Assembly: GCF_001194135.2 (NCBI RefSeq)
Contig: NC_068988.1
Span: 3,215,286 to 3,279,285, forward strand
Source of the DNA: Octopus bimaculoides
Taxonomy: Eukaryota
Direction of reading: 5' to 3'
DNA: 64,000 nucleotides
Within the stretch, counting starts at the first letter, position 1, and each line of letters starts with the position of its first letter. The notes beneath the pieces are model-generated. The model searched no databases, was not told the DNA's origin, and was given only the letters and a program-made list of their open reading frames with translations. Below are positions 25,143 through 38,157 of the stretch, piece by piece. The translations under genes and the position numbers were made by a program.

Positions 25143-26847
25143 TGTTTCTTTGTTTTTGGGTGATTTTTTTTTTCTCATTGTTTATTTTCTCTTCTTTCTG
25201 CACCAGTAATTGTAAAAGCTATAGCAAGCAAATCATGACATTTCCCCCCATAAATATATATATATGTGTTTTTTGTTTTGTTTTGTTTTGTTTCTTTGTT
25301 TTGTTTGTTTAACATATTTCGCCTTCATACTTCATATACTTAAAATTACTGATTGGAGATGGAAGAGATAAAGATATATACTTTAAAATTCAAAGCATAA
25401 CCATATGATAAAAAAGAATTATGCTCTGCTTCTTGGGCTGTGTTGTGCATATTAAGTGTGTACGCTTTCTGAGAACTATTCTTGGCAATCAGTGGAAATA
25501 CAACTACAAGAATAAACAGACATTTCAAAACCATATAAAAAAAAAAAACAACATAACCTCCAACAGAAAATACGTAGCTACAATCATCTATAATTTCTCA
25601 ATAGACAAATGTACTGTGTTCTTTTTATTAAATTGTTTATTTTATTATCATTGCTTTGTTATTGTGAAAGAATACATAAAAGATTATACAGGGGTTTCTA
25701 TGTTTTGCTTGTTAGATCATTGTTGCCTCATATTAACAATGATAACACTTATCTCAGAAAACCTCACTGATATCATCAGCATCATTGCCACTATCAACTC
25801 ATTACATCGTTTTAGCTGAACATTTTCTGAATATAACAATGAAAACCAGAAAATAAACAAAACATGCTTACAATTACAGTTAACTCATGCTTGTCTACAG
25901 ATTCATGCACATTACTTGTGAAGAATGCAAGTGTACCAACTTAAAATGACACATCTACTAACACAGATCACTCTACATTCTGCATAGACAAAATACAAGT
26001 TGAGAGGCAAAAAAAAAAAGAAGACATGCTCATTATGTTTGTTTTTTTTTTGTTTTTTCTATGGCTCTCCTTGTTAATTAACTGCTTATTTTATTTATTT
26101 GTTATTATTATTTTTGGCTTACTTTTCCAAATTAGTATTCTTTTGTTTGACAAGGCATTTCATTATGATGTATTATTTCTTCATGTCTAATACCTCTCTT
26201 GGTTTACTTTTGTGTTTAGTTTTTTTTTTGTTATGTTGTTGTTTGAAGTAGTTGAAGCTCCTGTTAGTTTTTTCTTTTCTTTTTTTGTTTTGTCTTTTTA
26301 GTAATAGGAAAGACCAATAACATACAAACAAATAAAAAAAAAGCAGATAGAAAAATAAATTAGAAGCTTTTAAGACGAGATGATTTTCATGATTTCCATG
26401 ACAGAATGAACTTCCTTATAAGAAATTCTAATGCAGCATCATTAATAAAAAATACTGCACTACAGATTCCAAATAAAAAAAAATGAAAAGAGAGAGAAAG
26501 AAAAAAAAATGAAAATTGTATTTTCTATCTTAAAACCATGATTAGAATTATTGTTTTTTTTATTTTTTATTTTTTTATTTTTGCTGCAAGTGAAGACTAT
26601 TAGAAGCAGTTGTAGTTGATGCTATTTTGATAGCTGGAGACATTAAGTGTGAAGAATTGACTCAGCATTGATGTTTTACACTAGCTGTACTAATGTCCCA
26701 GCACTCAGTCACAATTGTATCATCGCTAAACACTTCATCTCTATGAAATAATTTAAGCTAGTTTTAGTCTTCATTATCCCAAGAGAATGACTGCAGTTTA
26801 GTAATCATTAATTAATTACTCGACACCATTTTCTACACTGTTGTTTC

Positions 26848-26879
26848 TCATGATAAACTCAGCTGCCATTTGGAACTAT
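26848..26879 (-). CDS. putative terminal coding segment (Y)SSKWQLSLS* of an unidentified gene
   Basis: Acceptor gtctttgtctcattag; phase-compatible with the 27225-27298 candidate; followed by about 2 kb of repeat-free, UTR-like sequence. Confidence 0.25.
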
Positions 26880-27224
26880 CTAATGAGACAAAGACTGTGT
26901 AAAACATATAAAGGAATCCCTGTAGTGTTACCAAAGATCATCAACAAAGAAATACAATCAGGTATCTTTAATCAACAGCAAAGGTGACTGCATGAATTCC
27001 ATTATATTTTAAGCAACCAATTTGGCTTACAACAAAAATCAGTAGATTTCCCCATAGCTCAAATATTAAAGATACTTTGGATGGTGGCAAAGCGTTATCT
27101 TTTCCAAAGTAGTTTCTTAAGAAATTGTTGAGATAAAAAAAATGTCTTTCATGAGAAAGTTTTCGAAGCCTCTCTGTCCAGCCAATGTTTTAATTTGTCA
27201 ACCATCAATTTTACAGAAACTTAC

Positions 27225-27298
27225 AGTTCAGTATGTTAATTGATCTTGACAATTTCTGCAAAAACGAGTTATTTCTAGACATTGTTGATTTTATGCTA
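27225..27298 (-). CDS. putative exon (SIKSTMSRNNSFLQKLSRSINILN)
   Basis: Acceptor ttttttttcatctcacataccag, donor ACT|gtaagt, open frame. Confidence 0.35.
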
Positions 27299-28504
27299 CT
27301 GGTATGTGAGATGAAAAAAATCAGAGTGAATGACCTAGCACCAAGTAAATTGAACAGATATCTGGAGTGTAACACTTAAGAAATCAAAATGGTTACAAGA
27401 ATTTTAACATGGAAAACCAGTTCCTCAAACTATATTTTCTAACTTGTAAGCTGGTTCCAAAAAAAGAAGCTGACATTCCATATATCAAAAAGATTGGCAT
27501 GGTGGTGACAAGTCAAAATGATTACAGAATATGGATATTTTACACTCATATCTGAAGGCAGCAGAATGATTGCAGTTGATGAAAATAGTTGTTGAAAATA
27601 ATGGCCATCAACTGCTTATATAGCAGGAGACACTATGTTATAGCAAAAGTATTTGAATAAACAAAAACACAATCTCCAAAATGGGCACCAAAAACCATGT
27701 GGGTTGGAATTTATGGTATTCAACCATTAAACTCTCAGATAACCATCCAGAAATTGATTCCAGTTGCAATTAACACATATCATTTACTTTGATGAACTTG
27801 CAATAAAACCAGTGCAGATAAAATTGACAAATGAATTCTCCTTCTACTCTCACAAACCCAGTCACCCCTCAGCCATCCCCCATGGCCACAGTCAAATGAC
27901 TGAAACAAATAAAAGAATATAATCATATATAATTGTATGATGATTATGATGATGATGATGATGATGATATACTAATTTAAAATTGCTCATTGCAATCCCA
28001 ATGACTTCTAGAGGCAAAGCCAATATCCAGTATCATTATTGTGGTCCTTTATTTCTGATGCAAGCTTTATCCCATAGTGATATAACATGTCCAGATTCCC
28101 ATATTTCATGTTCCATTGTTGATTAAAGTAACTGATGCAAGATTATCATAATCTTCAGAGGTTGTCCTGTTCCTTGTATTTAAGCCCTTTTACAAGCAAG
28201 GTTGCTCATTAAATATATATTAGAAGTATCCCTTTGCCACCACTGGTATTATCAAAAACTATGGCATACATACAATAGTTTATAAGTTAAATTTTATCTA
28301 ATTTCTTGGTTCTTTTACAAGATTATGAAATAAATAATATCTTTAAAATAAAAATATTTATTACCTAAAAATAATAAAAATATTTTCTAATAGGTGTGTT
28401 TGTAATAAATATATGTTATAACTTGAAAGCTATGGAGTAATAACTGAATTAATTAGAAATAGAATTAAAAGAGATCAGAAGCAGATCAGTTTAGTGTTGG
28501 ATAG

Positions 28505-29740
28505 AAGTAGTCCTGATGCTATCTTCCTAATCAGCTGCAGAAGTATTTAGGATACAGTAAACCTTTATACTTTGCATTTGTTGACCTGGAGAAAGCCTTT
28601 GGCAAAGTTCCTTGCTCTGTGATTTGGTGGTCTCTGAGGAAGCTAGGGATAGGCAAATGGCTTGTCAAAGCTGTACAAGACATGTACAGGGGTGCAGTCA
28701 GTACGGTGAGAGTTAGCCATGAGTACAGTGATGAATTTAGTGTAGAGGTGGGCGTCCACCGGGGCTCAGTTCCCAGTCCCTTTCTATTCATCATTGTCTT
28801 CCAGTCCATAGCAGAAGAATTCAAGACTGACTGCCTCTGGGAACAACTATGGTATATGCTGATGATCTTACCCTCGTAGCTGAATCTGTAACAGAATTAG
28901 AAAAGAAAGGCCTCAAAGTTAATTTAGCAAAGGCTAAAGCTCTAGTAAGCAAAACAGATAGGACACTATCCTCTTCAAGTAAATGGCCCTTCTCTATGTG
29001 TAGGAAAGGTGTAGGCAGAAATTGCATATGTTGTATCCAGTGCAAGCTATAGATGCACAAGTGGTGAAGTGAAATCACAGGAAGGTTAATGGAGAAAGTA
29101 GTTTTTGTATGTGGAAGATTCACAGTTGCCATAAAGTCTGAGATCACACAAGAAATTGATTTTCTCAAAACACCACAAAGACTCCTTAGAGGCAGAAAAT
29201 AGTTTCTGTTACTTTGGTGACCTAATTAGCAGTAGAAGAAGATGTTCTGAAAGTATAGTTACAAGAATTAGAAAACGATGGATAAACTTGTGAGAGCTAT
29301 TACCACTTTTGGCAGGAGTGAAGATCTCTCTCTGAGTGAAAGGCAGATTGTATGATGTTTGTGTATGTACTGCAATACTATATGGCAGTGAAACATGGAC
29401 CCTAAATGCAGAGGACACATAAAGACTGAAAATGAATGGAGTTTGTATGCTCTACTGGATGTGAATTGTTAATGTCCATGTACAACAACGTGTAAATGTA
29501 TTGAAATAAAAATTAGGCATAAAGAGGTATCAGCTGTAGTGTGCAAGAGAGAAGAATGTGCTGGTTTGGTCATGTGATGCCTATAGAGGAGAACAGTTGC
29601 ATAACAAAGTGCTGTTCACATAGAGGGGATGGAACTTGTGGAAAAGGGAACCATTTTATTGAAGGCTGATCTCAAGATGTTGAGCTTTATGGAGATGACA
29701 AAGGACTGTGATGATTGGTGTTTTGCTGTGCTCAAGAAGA
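28505..29740 (+). mobile_element. RTE-clade LINE RT region with Cys-rich insertion, decayed
   Basis: FAFVDLEKAFGKVP...VGVHRGSVPSPFLF...YADDLTLVAES...KWPFSMCRKGVGRNCICCIQCKL...LYGSETWTL...WFGHVM. Confidence 0.93.
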
Positions 29741-31541
29741 CACAGCTATTTAAAAATGAGATCTTAAAACTACCAAATTATGCTTGTACGTGCAGGGCCG
29801 TTTCCACTCCTCTCCTCTCTTTGACTAGTCAAGCCTTTTCTCACCCTCATTTTCCTCCCTTGCTCATCTATGGTACCCACTTGAAAAACACAATCAGCAT
29901 GTATTCCATTGTACTCCTCCTCCCCACTTCTATTCCTCCTCCTCCTCATCCTTTCTATGCTGTCAGCCCCTTCTCTCTGCTATACTCCATTCTAAATACC
30001 TCTCTTTCCTCCTACCATTCTCAATGCTCTTCCCATATCTAATTATAATATTAATTATAATATTCTTGTTATTGCAAGTATGGTAGGACTCATAATTTAG
30101 ATTCTATCTCAAAATCATGTTGCCTCTTGAAACAGCTTCCTTAACACCTGTTTCTGTATGTTTTGTTAGAATGTATATTCATGAAAAATATACTTATTTT
30201 TTCTTTTCCAATAATGAATTACATAGATTTACATAGGAAGTATGTATGGCACAGTGAAACTTGAATACCTTTCAGTTGTTGCTACAGAATGAAAGTTTTA
30301 TCTGTGAATGTTGGCATTGCACAAAGTTATATATTCAAAATGATCCATATAGATTTGAAAACAGGTTCTATTCCAAGTTTTGATATATCTCTCCCATCTT
30401 CCAGTTGAAAACTAACCATTCTTATGCATAGTCTCTGAATTTATATGGAATTTAATTTCAGATGCTAATTTTGTCTTTCATTTGAGAATTTTCTAAATTA
30501 TTTTCTCCTTAATGCTGTAAAATGAAAATACTTTCTCATTGTGGATAGATTAATCCCATCATTTAATAGAATGTGATGGACACATCCTTGATCAGCTCAA
30601 CACAATTTTCAGGCATTATTTTATGAGACAGTTTTACAAATAAATAGTAAAATAATGACCAGGAGTTGATTGAGGAAAGAGTAGAGTAAATAACATCCAA
30701 AACCTACAATTACCTCAACAATGTTAAAACCTATTCCGAGCATGTTTGTAACTGACATCCAATGTATTTGTGCTAGAGTTTACAACAGAAAAATAGGATA
30801 AGCTCTAAGATTAGAATAATGGATCCTTGAGAGAAAAGTTTTAAGCAAAGGTAAAACATAACATTCAAAAAAGGTAGAATGGCTACGGTGGGAAATGAAA
30901 ACTTTATACTGCTATGTGACAAAGTTCCCTTTTATAGAGGAAAACCATAGCAGAGGCTACAAGAAATAGAACTGGTGATGTGTACAGTACTGGGTGGGAT
31001 TGCTCTCAGTAAACTTTAATGTTGTCCATTCGGACTAAGAGAGATAGAAACCTGGATGAAACAATGGTTTATGACTTCATCTCCCCTCTGAACACATGTA
31101 CATCGCATTTAGTAACAAACAAAGACTTTAGCTATTTGAAACATGCACAGATATATGAAAATTTGTGAATAATGGTAAAGACAACTTGGATCAAGGGTTA
31201 TTTGGAAGTCCACAATGAGGTCAAGCCTTTTTCATAGAACTTATAACAGAGTTGAATTGAGTGAGGTGAATTAGAATGAGAATTATTTAAAAAAATGAGT
31301 TTTCCCATGAAAGTGATCTTGACTATGTATCACCACACAGTTCCAGTAAACAGAATTGGATATCTGATTCTCAGATATTCTTCAGTAAACTATCATCTCG
31401 GCTTTCTATTACATACAAGTCTTGAAAATAGTTTTCCCTTTCTCTTTAACATGGATGCTGTAAGAACATATGTTATATGTATCACAATGTCAGCCTCCAT
31501 TTGGTAGTCATTGCACTGCAATGCCTGCATGATCAGTTCAC

Positions 31542-31629
31542 CTCTTTAAAAATACCAAATAGAAGAGTAATTCCTAGACTTCGGCGTGGCAGAATCAAAG
31601 ATTTTAAGCCAAGAGCTATAACATTCTCA
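31542..31629 (-). CDS. putative exon (ENVIALGLKSLILPRRSLGITLLFGIFKE)
   Basis: Acceptor gttgtttgttgtttcag, donor GAG|gtgaac; only one frame is open; in frame with the 5-nt candidate at 31705-31709. Confidence 0.3.
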
Positions 31630-32496
31630 CTGAAACAACAAACAACTATAATCAGAAGAGTTTTTCAAAAATATCATTGGAAATAGTATACAGAATCAGT
31701 TTACCTGTACTGCAGTACATAAAGACAAACAAAAGAAACAAATAAAATCAAAAGAAATTTACAAAAACAAATCATTTTAAAAAATAATTTAAGTAAATTA
31801 CTCGACTATTTTGAAAATGTCAGTCACATTTTCAAGCAGCTTCTGGTTGCCTACTCCTCTCTTCCAGACCATCTTTTAACTTCTATCTTCAAATATTGCT
31901 TTCTTTTTCTTTCCAACTACTTTTACTGGTTGCTAACTTTCTCTAGAATAATGTATATTTATTTCACCAGTCCTAATAGACCTTAGGTAATTTCCTGTCT
32001 GCATTCCTCTGCCATTCCTGTCCTTTCAATCACATCTTTCACATACTCTCTCTCCCTCCCTCTCTCTCTTGCTTCTTTCATTTTCTATTTTTGTCACAGT
32101 CTATTACTCCATCTTTTATATTTGCTTTTTAAATTTTTCTTTATATATTGATGTCTTGCTTTCTATTTCTCTCAATCCTATTTCTTTTCTCCTTCTCATA
32201 TATATTATTCTGTCTTTTTCTTCTATTCATTCTCTCTCTCCCCCACTCTTTCTTTCTTTTCTTTAACCTCTCTCTCTCTTTATATTCCTATTCCTACCTC
32301 CTCTCTCTCTGTCTCTCTCTGTCTCTCTCTCTCTGTCTCTCTCTCTCTGTCTCTCAGTCTCTCTCTCTCTCTCTCTCACTCTCTCTCTCTCATTATCTTC
32401 TTTGCTTTTCTTTTTTTTCCATTTTTCTCTTCTTTCACCTCTTTTTATACATGTGCACACAAACAAACTTTCATATATACAAGAGGTTTGCACACA

Positions 32497-32539
<43 letters not shown>

Positions 32540-32626
32540 GCATACACACATATTTATATATTTATACATACATACACATATACATACATACTTATAGGTA
32601 TGTGTATAGATACATGTATACAGTGT

Positions 32627-32667
<41 letters not shown>

Positions 32668-33004
32668 CACGAGTGTAGTGTATTTGTATGCACATATATT
32701 CTAAGTTTCTCTTCTCGTTATTATCATTCTTAATTTATTTCAATTTTTCACCATTTCCATCAGAATAGAAATCTCAGTTAATTTTTCTTTGAAACTGTTG
32801 TTATCATTGATGTCTCTTTTATTTATTTATTTTTTTCTTCATAGCTGGGAAGGTCTTATATAATTACAAACTTATAGAATGTTTTCAATCATCCTAAATT
32901 TGAATATTTTTGTTGGTGTCTGTCTGATTCTGAAGTCACAAGATTTGATTCAAGTTTGCATCAAACCTGTAAATCAAATATCCACTCTGCTCTACAGTCA
33001 AAAG

Positions 33005-33049
<45 letters not shown>

Positions 33050-34783
33050 ACCCACTTCAACAACAACAAAAGCTCCTGAAGCAATGATGCCCTTTCTAGA
33101 AAAGTGATCAATCATTGATTAACTTGCAATTTTCCCTTCACACCGAGACAGTGTTTTTGTTGGTCAACTGAAATTAGTCCATCACTCAGATTCAACCAGC
33201 TTAGCCATCTGCGAACCAAGCTTCTTAGTCACTATTTACAGCAGAATAATTACATTGAAACCATTAGTCATTCAACAATTAATGATTTATCAAAATTAGC
33301 CATTGCCCAACTGATTTAACCATCCATTCATCAGCTAACATTACTAAACAATCTTATATAGTCATTGCTTCAACTTTATTAACCATCATTCAACTGACCT
33401 GGTCATTATTAATCTGACTGTATTAGTCATTCTGAACTTGCTTTAACCAACCAGTACCGAAATGGTATTTCTCATAACTTGACTAATGTGGTTCTCAGTG
33501 GTCACTCATTGATCTTAGTGACTTGTGGAACCCGCAGGTCATCTGGATTATTTTAGACATCATAAATTATGGCAATTAACACAAAGTCATTAGGTGCTGG
33601 TATGGTCCCGTGGTGAAGAGTTTCATTTCATAACCATGAATAGCTGAGTTCCATCCCATTGTACAGCACTTTGGACAGCTAACTTTTGCTGTACCTTGTG
33701 AACGGAATTTGGTAAATAGAAACTATGTAGAAAATCGTCATGTGATTCATATATGTATGTATATTTCACTGTTGTGTATTGGCAAAGGATGTGAACTTTG
33801 ACCTGAAAACTTGACATGCAGAGTTCTTTGAGCAAAGCTGTCACATTTTGTGGACAAATGTCTTCTACTGTGGCGTTGGGCTGGCTAATGCCTCATGAGT
33901 GAATTTAGTGGATGGAAACTGTGTGGAATCCCATTATGTATGCGTATACTCCCCATAATTTTCAAGGAAAGTAATTTATTGTTTAAGCCTTTAATTTCTG
34001 AATCAGGTGACCATGACTAGAGAGCTGTCCAAACAATGGTGTTACGAAAAGAAGCACATTTAGAGAAATATGAAGGTCCTTAATAAAACAGTCTGAACTG
34101 TATAATTTACAAACCTTTCGTTTCAATAACTGCTTTCTTGTTTTCTAAGAGGGAAGAAATAACCGTTGCAGAAGAATGTTAGGAAGTATAGTTTCGAGTT
34201 GGACCTTCAAACAGCAAGCAGAATGGTCCTTCTTGCGCTCTAAGTCAGTCTGATTAAAGCCATTTGCATTAATACTTAGAAAACTTCAAAAAGATGAGAA
34301 GTCAGATGAATTTTAAGAATATTTCAACTCAGAACTTGGCTGCAGTCTTTGAATGATATTATTTTCTCCATTTTATTATCCTTATTTATAATATTTTATT
34401 GTGATAAATGTAAATTCAAAGATAGTCATATTATTTAAGCCTTTGATCTAAATGCAACCAAGCAGAATAAACAAGTTAGACTTCAAATAATCAAGAAAAA
34501 TAGTGCATTCTTGAAACAATTAGGATTTTATAAGGAAAACGACTGAAGGCAATTCTTTTGATCTGTGAACATAATTTCACAGCCGATGAAGGTTCGGTTG
34601 TGTTTTGAATCCAGTAAGAAAGCAATTTAAGTATGTCAAAACAAACGGTTCTAATTTTCCCCCAAACACATGTTTCATTCGCAGCCAAGTGGACAAAGAT
34701 CAGCTGTTGAAATTTCAAGATGTAAGAGTCAAAGATACTCTAATAAATATAAATGAATGGTCTCCTCTGTTAAGACTACTTAC

Positions 34784-34838
34784 AACTGATGGACACAGAA
34801 GACTATCATTAGATTCCTTCCTTGATTCCAAATAACAC
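34784..34838 (-). other. putative 55-nt exon within a short-intron cluster (coding status unresolved)
   Basis: ttttctctgcag|G...GTT|gtaagt; neighbouring GT-AG introns of 93 nt (34839-34931) and 80 nt (34704-34783). Confidence 0.4.
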
Positions 34839-35647
34839 CTGCAGAGAAAATGTTTTACCATAGCTTTGGAATCGTGAATAACTAGAGTAAGATAAATATT
34901 TAATGCAATTTCCTTATTGATGGCAACTCACTAGTGGTAAACAACAAGCTTTGACGCCATATTCAAAAGAAGCAGTTGATTGAACTGCAAGCGAGATCAC
35001 TTTGCTGCTGTTTCTTAAGTTGTTATTTAAACATGATCAAAGGAAAAGTTAATAGTTCAAAAGACAGGGTGGTGAAGAATATTTTTATTACTATCATTTA
35101 TGTAGTTTAAAATTATCCTCAGACAACCTGCGAGGAAACACTGACTACAAATATTTCAACCAGAATTTTTTTTTATTTTATTTTATTTTTATTTCTTCTA
35201 TCAGAACTGATTCGAGTGTCAGTTCCTGATTTGTGATCCGTGATTCTGATTTCCTGCAGGGATGTGTGATAATGAATTAACGGTTGTTTGAACAAAAGAT
35301 ACATTGCTGTCACTTAACAAGATAATAATTCAATATGACATTGCTGTGTAAGTGATGGCTGTGTCAATTGTGATTTCGCCATTAGGAAGAAAATAAACAT
35401 GTTGATAACATGTAACAGCCTTTTGACTCTTTAATGTCTAGTAAAACAGAATGAGAAATATGGAAACCCATTGTTGATATAATTATCTAAATTCTGAGGT
35501 CACTCAAATGATTGAAATTAAATTAATCACTTTCACATTCCATAAGTGTAAATCTACAACTATTTACTATTGGACCTAACATTCCTTCCAATTTTTTTCC
35601 AAACATACCATATCCATGATTTTGATGTGTGCATACCTATAGTGTAT

Positions 35648-35688
<41 letters not shown>

Positions 35689-35993
35689 TACTCACACACG
35701 CACATACTCACACACATACACAAATACACACACACACACACACACACACAAAATGCACACACACTCACACACACAAATACACACACGCAAATGCATACAC
35801 ACACACACACGCATCTCATCGGTTTTAAATGATTTATTTCTAGAAAGAAAATACCATTTGATGCTTTTAAAAACATTCATCCTAAGATTTACAAAGACAA
35901 GATGCCTTATACAGCTTTTAAGAATTTAATCCCTTTGAGCATTCTACTAATGAGTCCCCAGACATAAAACAGTATAAGGAGTGGTCTCTATAT

Positions 35994-36365
35994 NNNNNNN
36001 NNNNNNNNNNNNNNNNNNNNNNNNNNNNNNNNNNNNNNNNNNNNNNNNNNNNNNNNNNNNNNNNNNNNNNNNNNNNNNNNNNNNNNNNNNNNNNNNNNNN
36101 NNNNNNNNNNNNNNNNNNNNNNNNNNNNNNNNNNNNNNNNNNNNNNNNNNNNNNNNNNNNNNNNNNNNNNNNNNNNNNNNNNNNNNNNNNNNNNNNNNNN
36201 NNNNNNNNNNNNNNNNNNNNNNNNNNNNNNNNNNNNNNNNNNNNNNNNNNNNNNNNNNNNNNNNNNNNNNNNNNNNNNNNNNNNNNNNNNNNNNNNNNNN
36301 NNNNNNNNNNNNNNNNNNNNNNNNNNNNNNNNNNNNNNNNNNNNNNNNNNNNNNNNNNNNNNNNN
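35994..36365. other. assembly gap (N run)
   Basis: Continuous Ns. Confidence 1.
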
Positions 36366-36595
36366 ATGCAGCATATTCCCCTCTCAGATTCACACACTTA
36401 TTGCAGTGGCCCTTCAGTTTTTCGAAACCCTTTAATATATATAAGGAGGTGCTGAAAAATTCCTGGCTTTAAAGGTGTCATGAAAGGCCTGGTTGGGGGC
36501 CCATCATTCTGAGTTCTTGTAAAGGGATTAGAAAAACTGAAGGGCTGCTACAATATATGTAGGAATCTGAGAATGGAATATATTGAATAAAATCA
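36366..36595. mobile_element. two oppositely oriented fragments of a short mariner-derived element
   Basis: AAAAACTGAAGGGC...AATCTGAG...GAATAT segment on minus (36366-36433) and plus (about 36530-36590); resembles a mariner C-terminus (KC.NLRGEY); TIR-like GGAGGTGCTGAAAAATTCCTGGCT at about 36445. Confidence 0.6.
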
Positions 36596-36643
36596 GTAAA
36601 ACCATATAGACCAGCCATATCTAGCTTTATGTGTGTGTGTGTG

Positions 36644-36677
<34 letters not shown>

Positions 36678-37059
36678 CATGCGTGTGTATGTATATATGT
36701 TAATACACACATACATATTTATAAGAAGAGATCTATGTGGTAGTGTAAAGTAGCTTGCTGTGAAATGAAAGATATCAAAATGAGATATTTATCGAAATAT
36801 GGTATTGATGATACACAAATCGTTAAGTCATTTACTCAACTAGTAAAATTACTTCCATTTAATGAAGAAATATATCAAATTGAGATACTTCTAATGTTGA
36901 AAACAATATTCTTCATTGCATTCTTCTCTATAAATCTATTTTACAGAATTAATACGTAACAGTGTTTTATTTATTTATTTTTTTTTTGTTTTTATCTCTT
37001 AGCAATATTGGTGAAGAGAAATTTCTCTAAAAACTTCAATAAATCATCATTCTCACAAT

Positions 37060-37554
37060 TGCCATCACCACCATCTTCCTCATCATTGTCTTTGTCATTG
37101 TCGTCATCATCATCATAATCATCATCATCGTTGTTGTTGTTGTTGTCGTTTTTTATCATCATTACCATTACCAACATAATCATCATCATGATGATCATCA
37201 TCATCACCGTCATCATCGTCGTTATTATCATCAGCATTACCAGCATCATCATCATCGTTGTTGTCATCATCATTGCCATCTTCCTCCTCCTCATCATCAT
37301 CACTGTAGAAAGCACAACAGCATAAAGCAACCCAGCAGTCTTGTAGATCCAATCATTAACGAAGACACAATTTCTTCTTTCCTTATCAATCAGTAATATT
37401 CTGTGTAACAGCACAACCTATCATTCTTTTTTTTTTTGCCTCCCTCTCTTCATCATATGCATCTTCAAATCAAAAGCATTGTCACCAACACCACCGCCTC
37501 CAACATCATCACCATTGTCATCATCACCATCATCATCATCTCCATCACCACCAC

Positions 37555-37589
<35 letters not shown>

Positions 37590-37610
37590 CCATCACCATC
37601 ACCGTCATCA
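37060..37610. repeat. degenerate (CAT)n/(GTT)n trinucleotide field
   Basis: Direct reading; gives poly-M, -I, -D and -S ORFs. Confidence 0.9.
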
Positions 37611-38117
37611 ATATTGTGGAATGAATATAATATCTTCTCTCCTTGGAGTCTACTCCCATTTTGAAAGTTTGTGCTAGATTCTGCATCATGACATTAAGTT
37701 GATGGGAATTTGATTTTGTCCACTCTGGATTATTCGAGTAAACACTCTCAAATGATGCTGTAACTATTCCTGACAGGGAATGGTACAGAGATGAGATATA
37801 AAATAAAGTGTACAACCCATACACACACGAAGCTGCATATATGTTTTTACATCATTATCTTCATCGTCTAACATCAGCTTTCCATACTGGCATGGGTTGG
37901 ATGGTTTGATTGAGGACTGGCAAGCTAGAAGGCTGCACCAGGCTCCAATGTCATCTGGCAATGTTTCTACAGCTAGATGCCAACCACTCTGAGAGTGTAG
38001 TGGGTGCGTTTTACATGACACTGGCATGGGAGCCAGTCAGGGCACACTGGCAACGATCCCGTTTGGATGGTGCTTTATATGTGCCACCAGCATGGGAACC
38101 AGTCAGAGGGCACTGGC

Positions 38118-38157
<40 letters not shown>

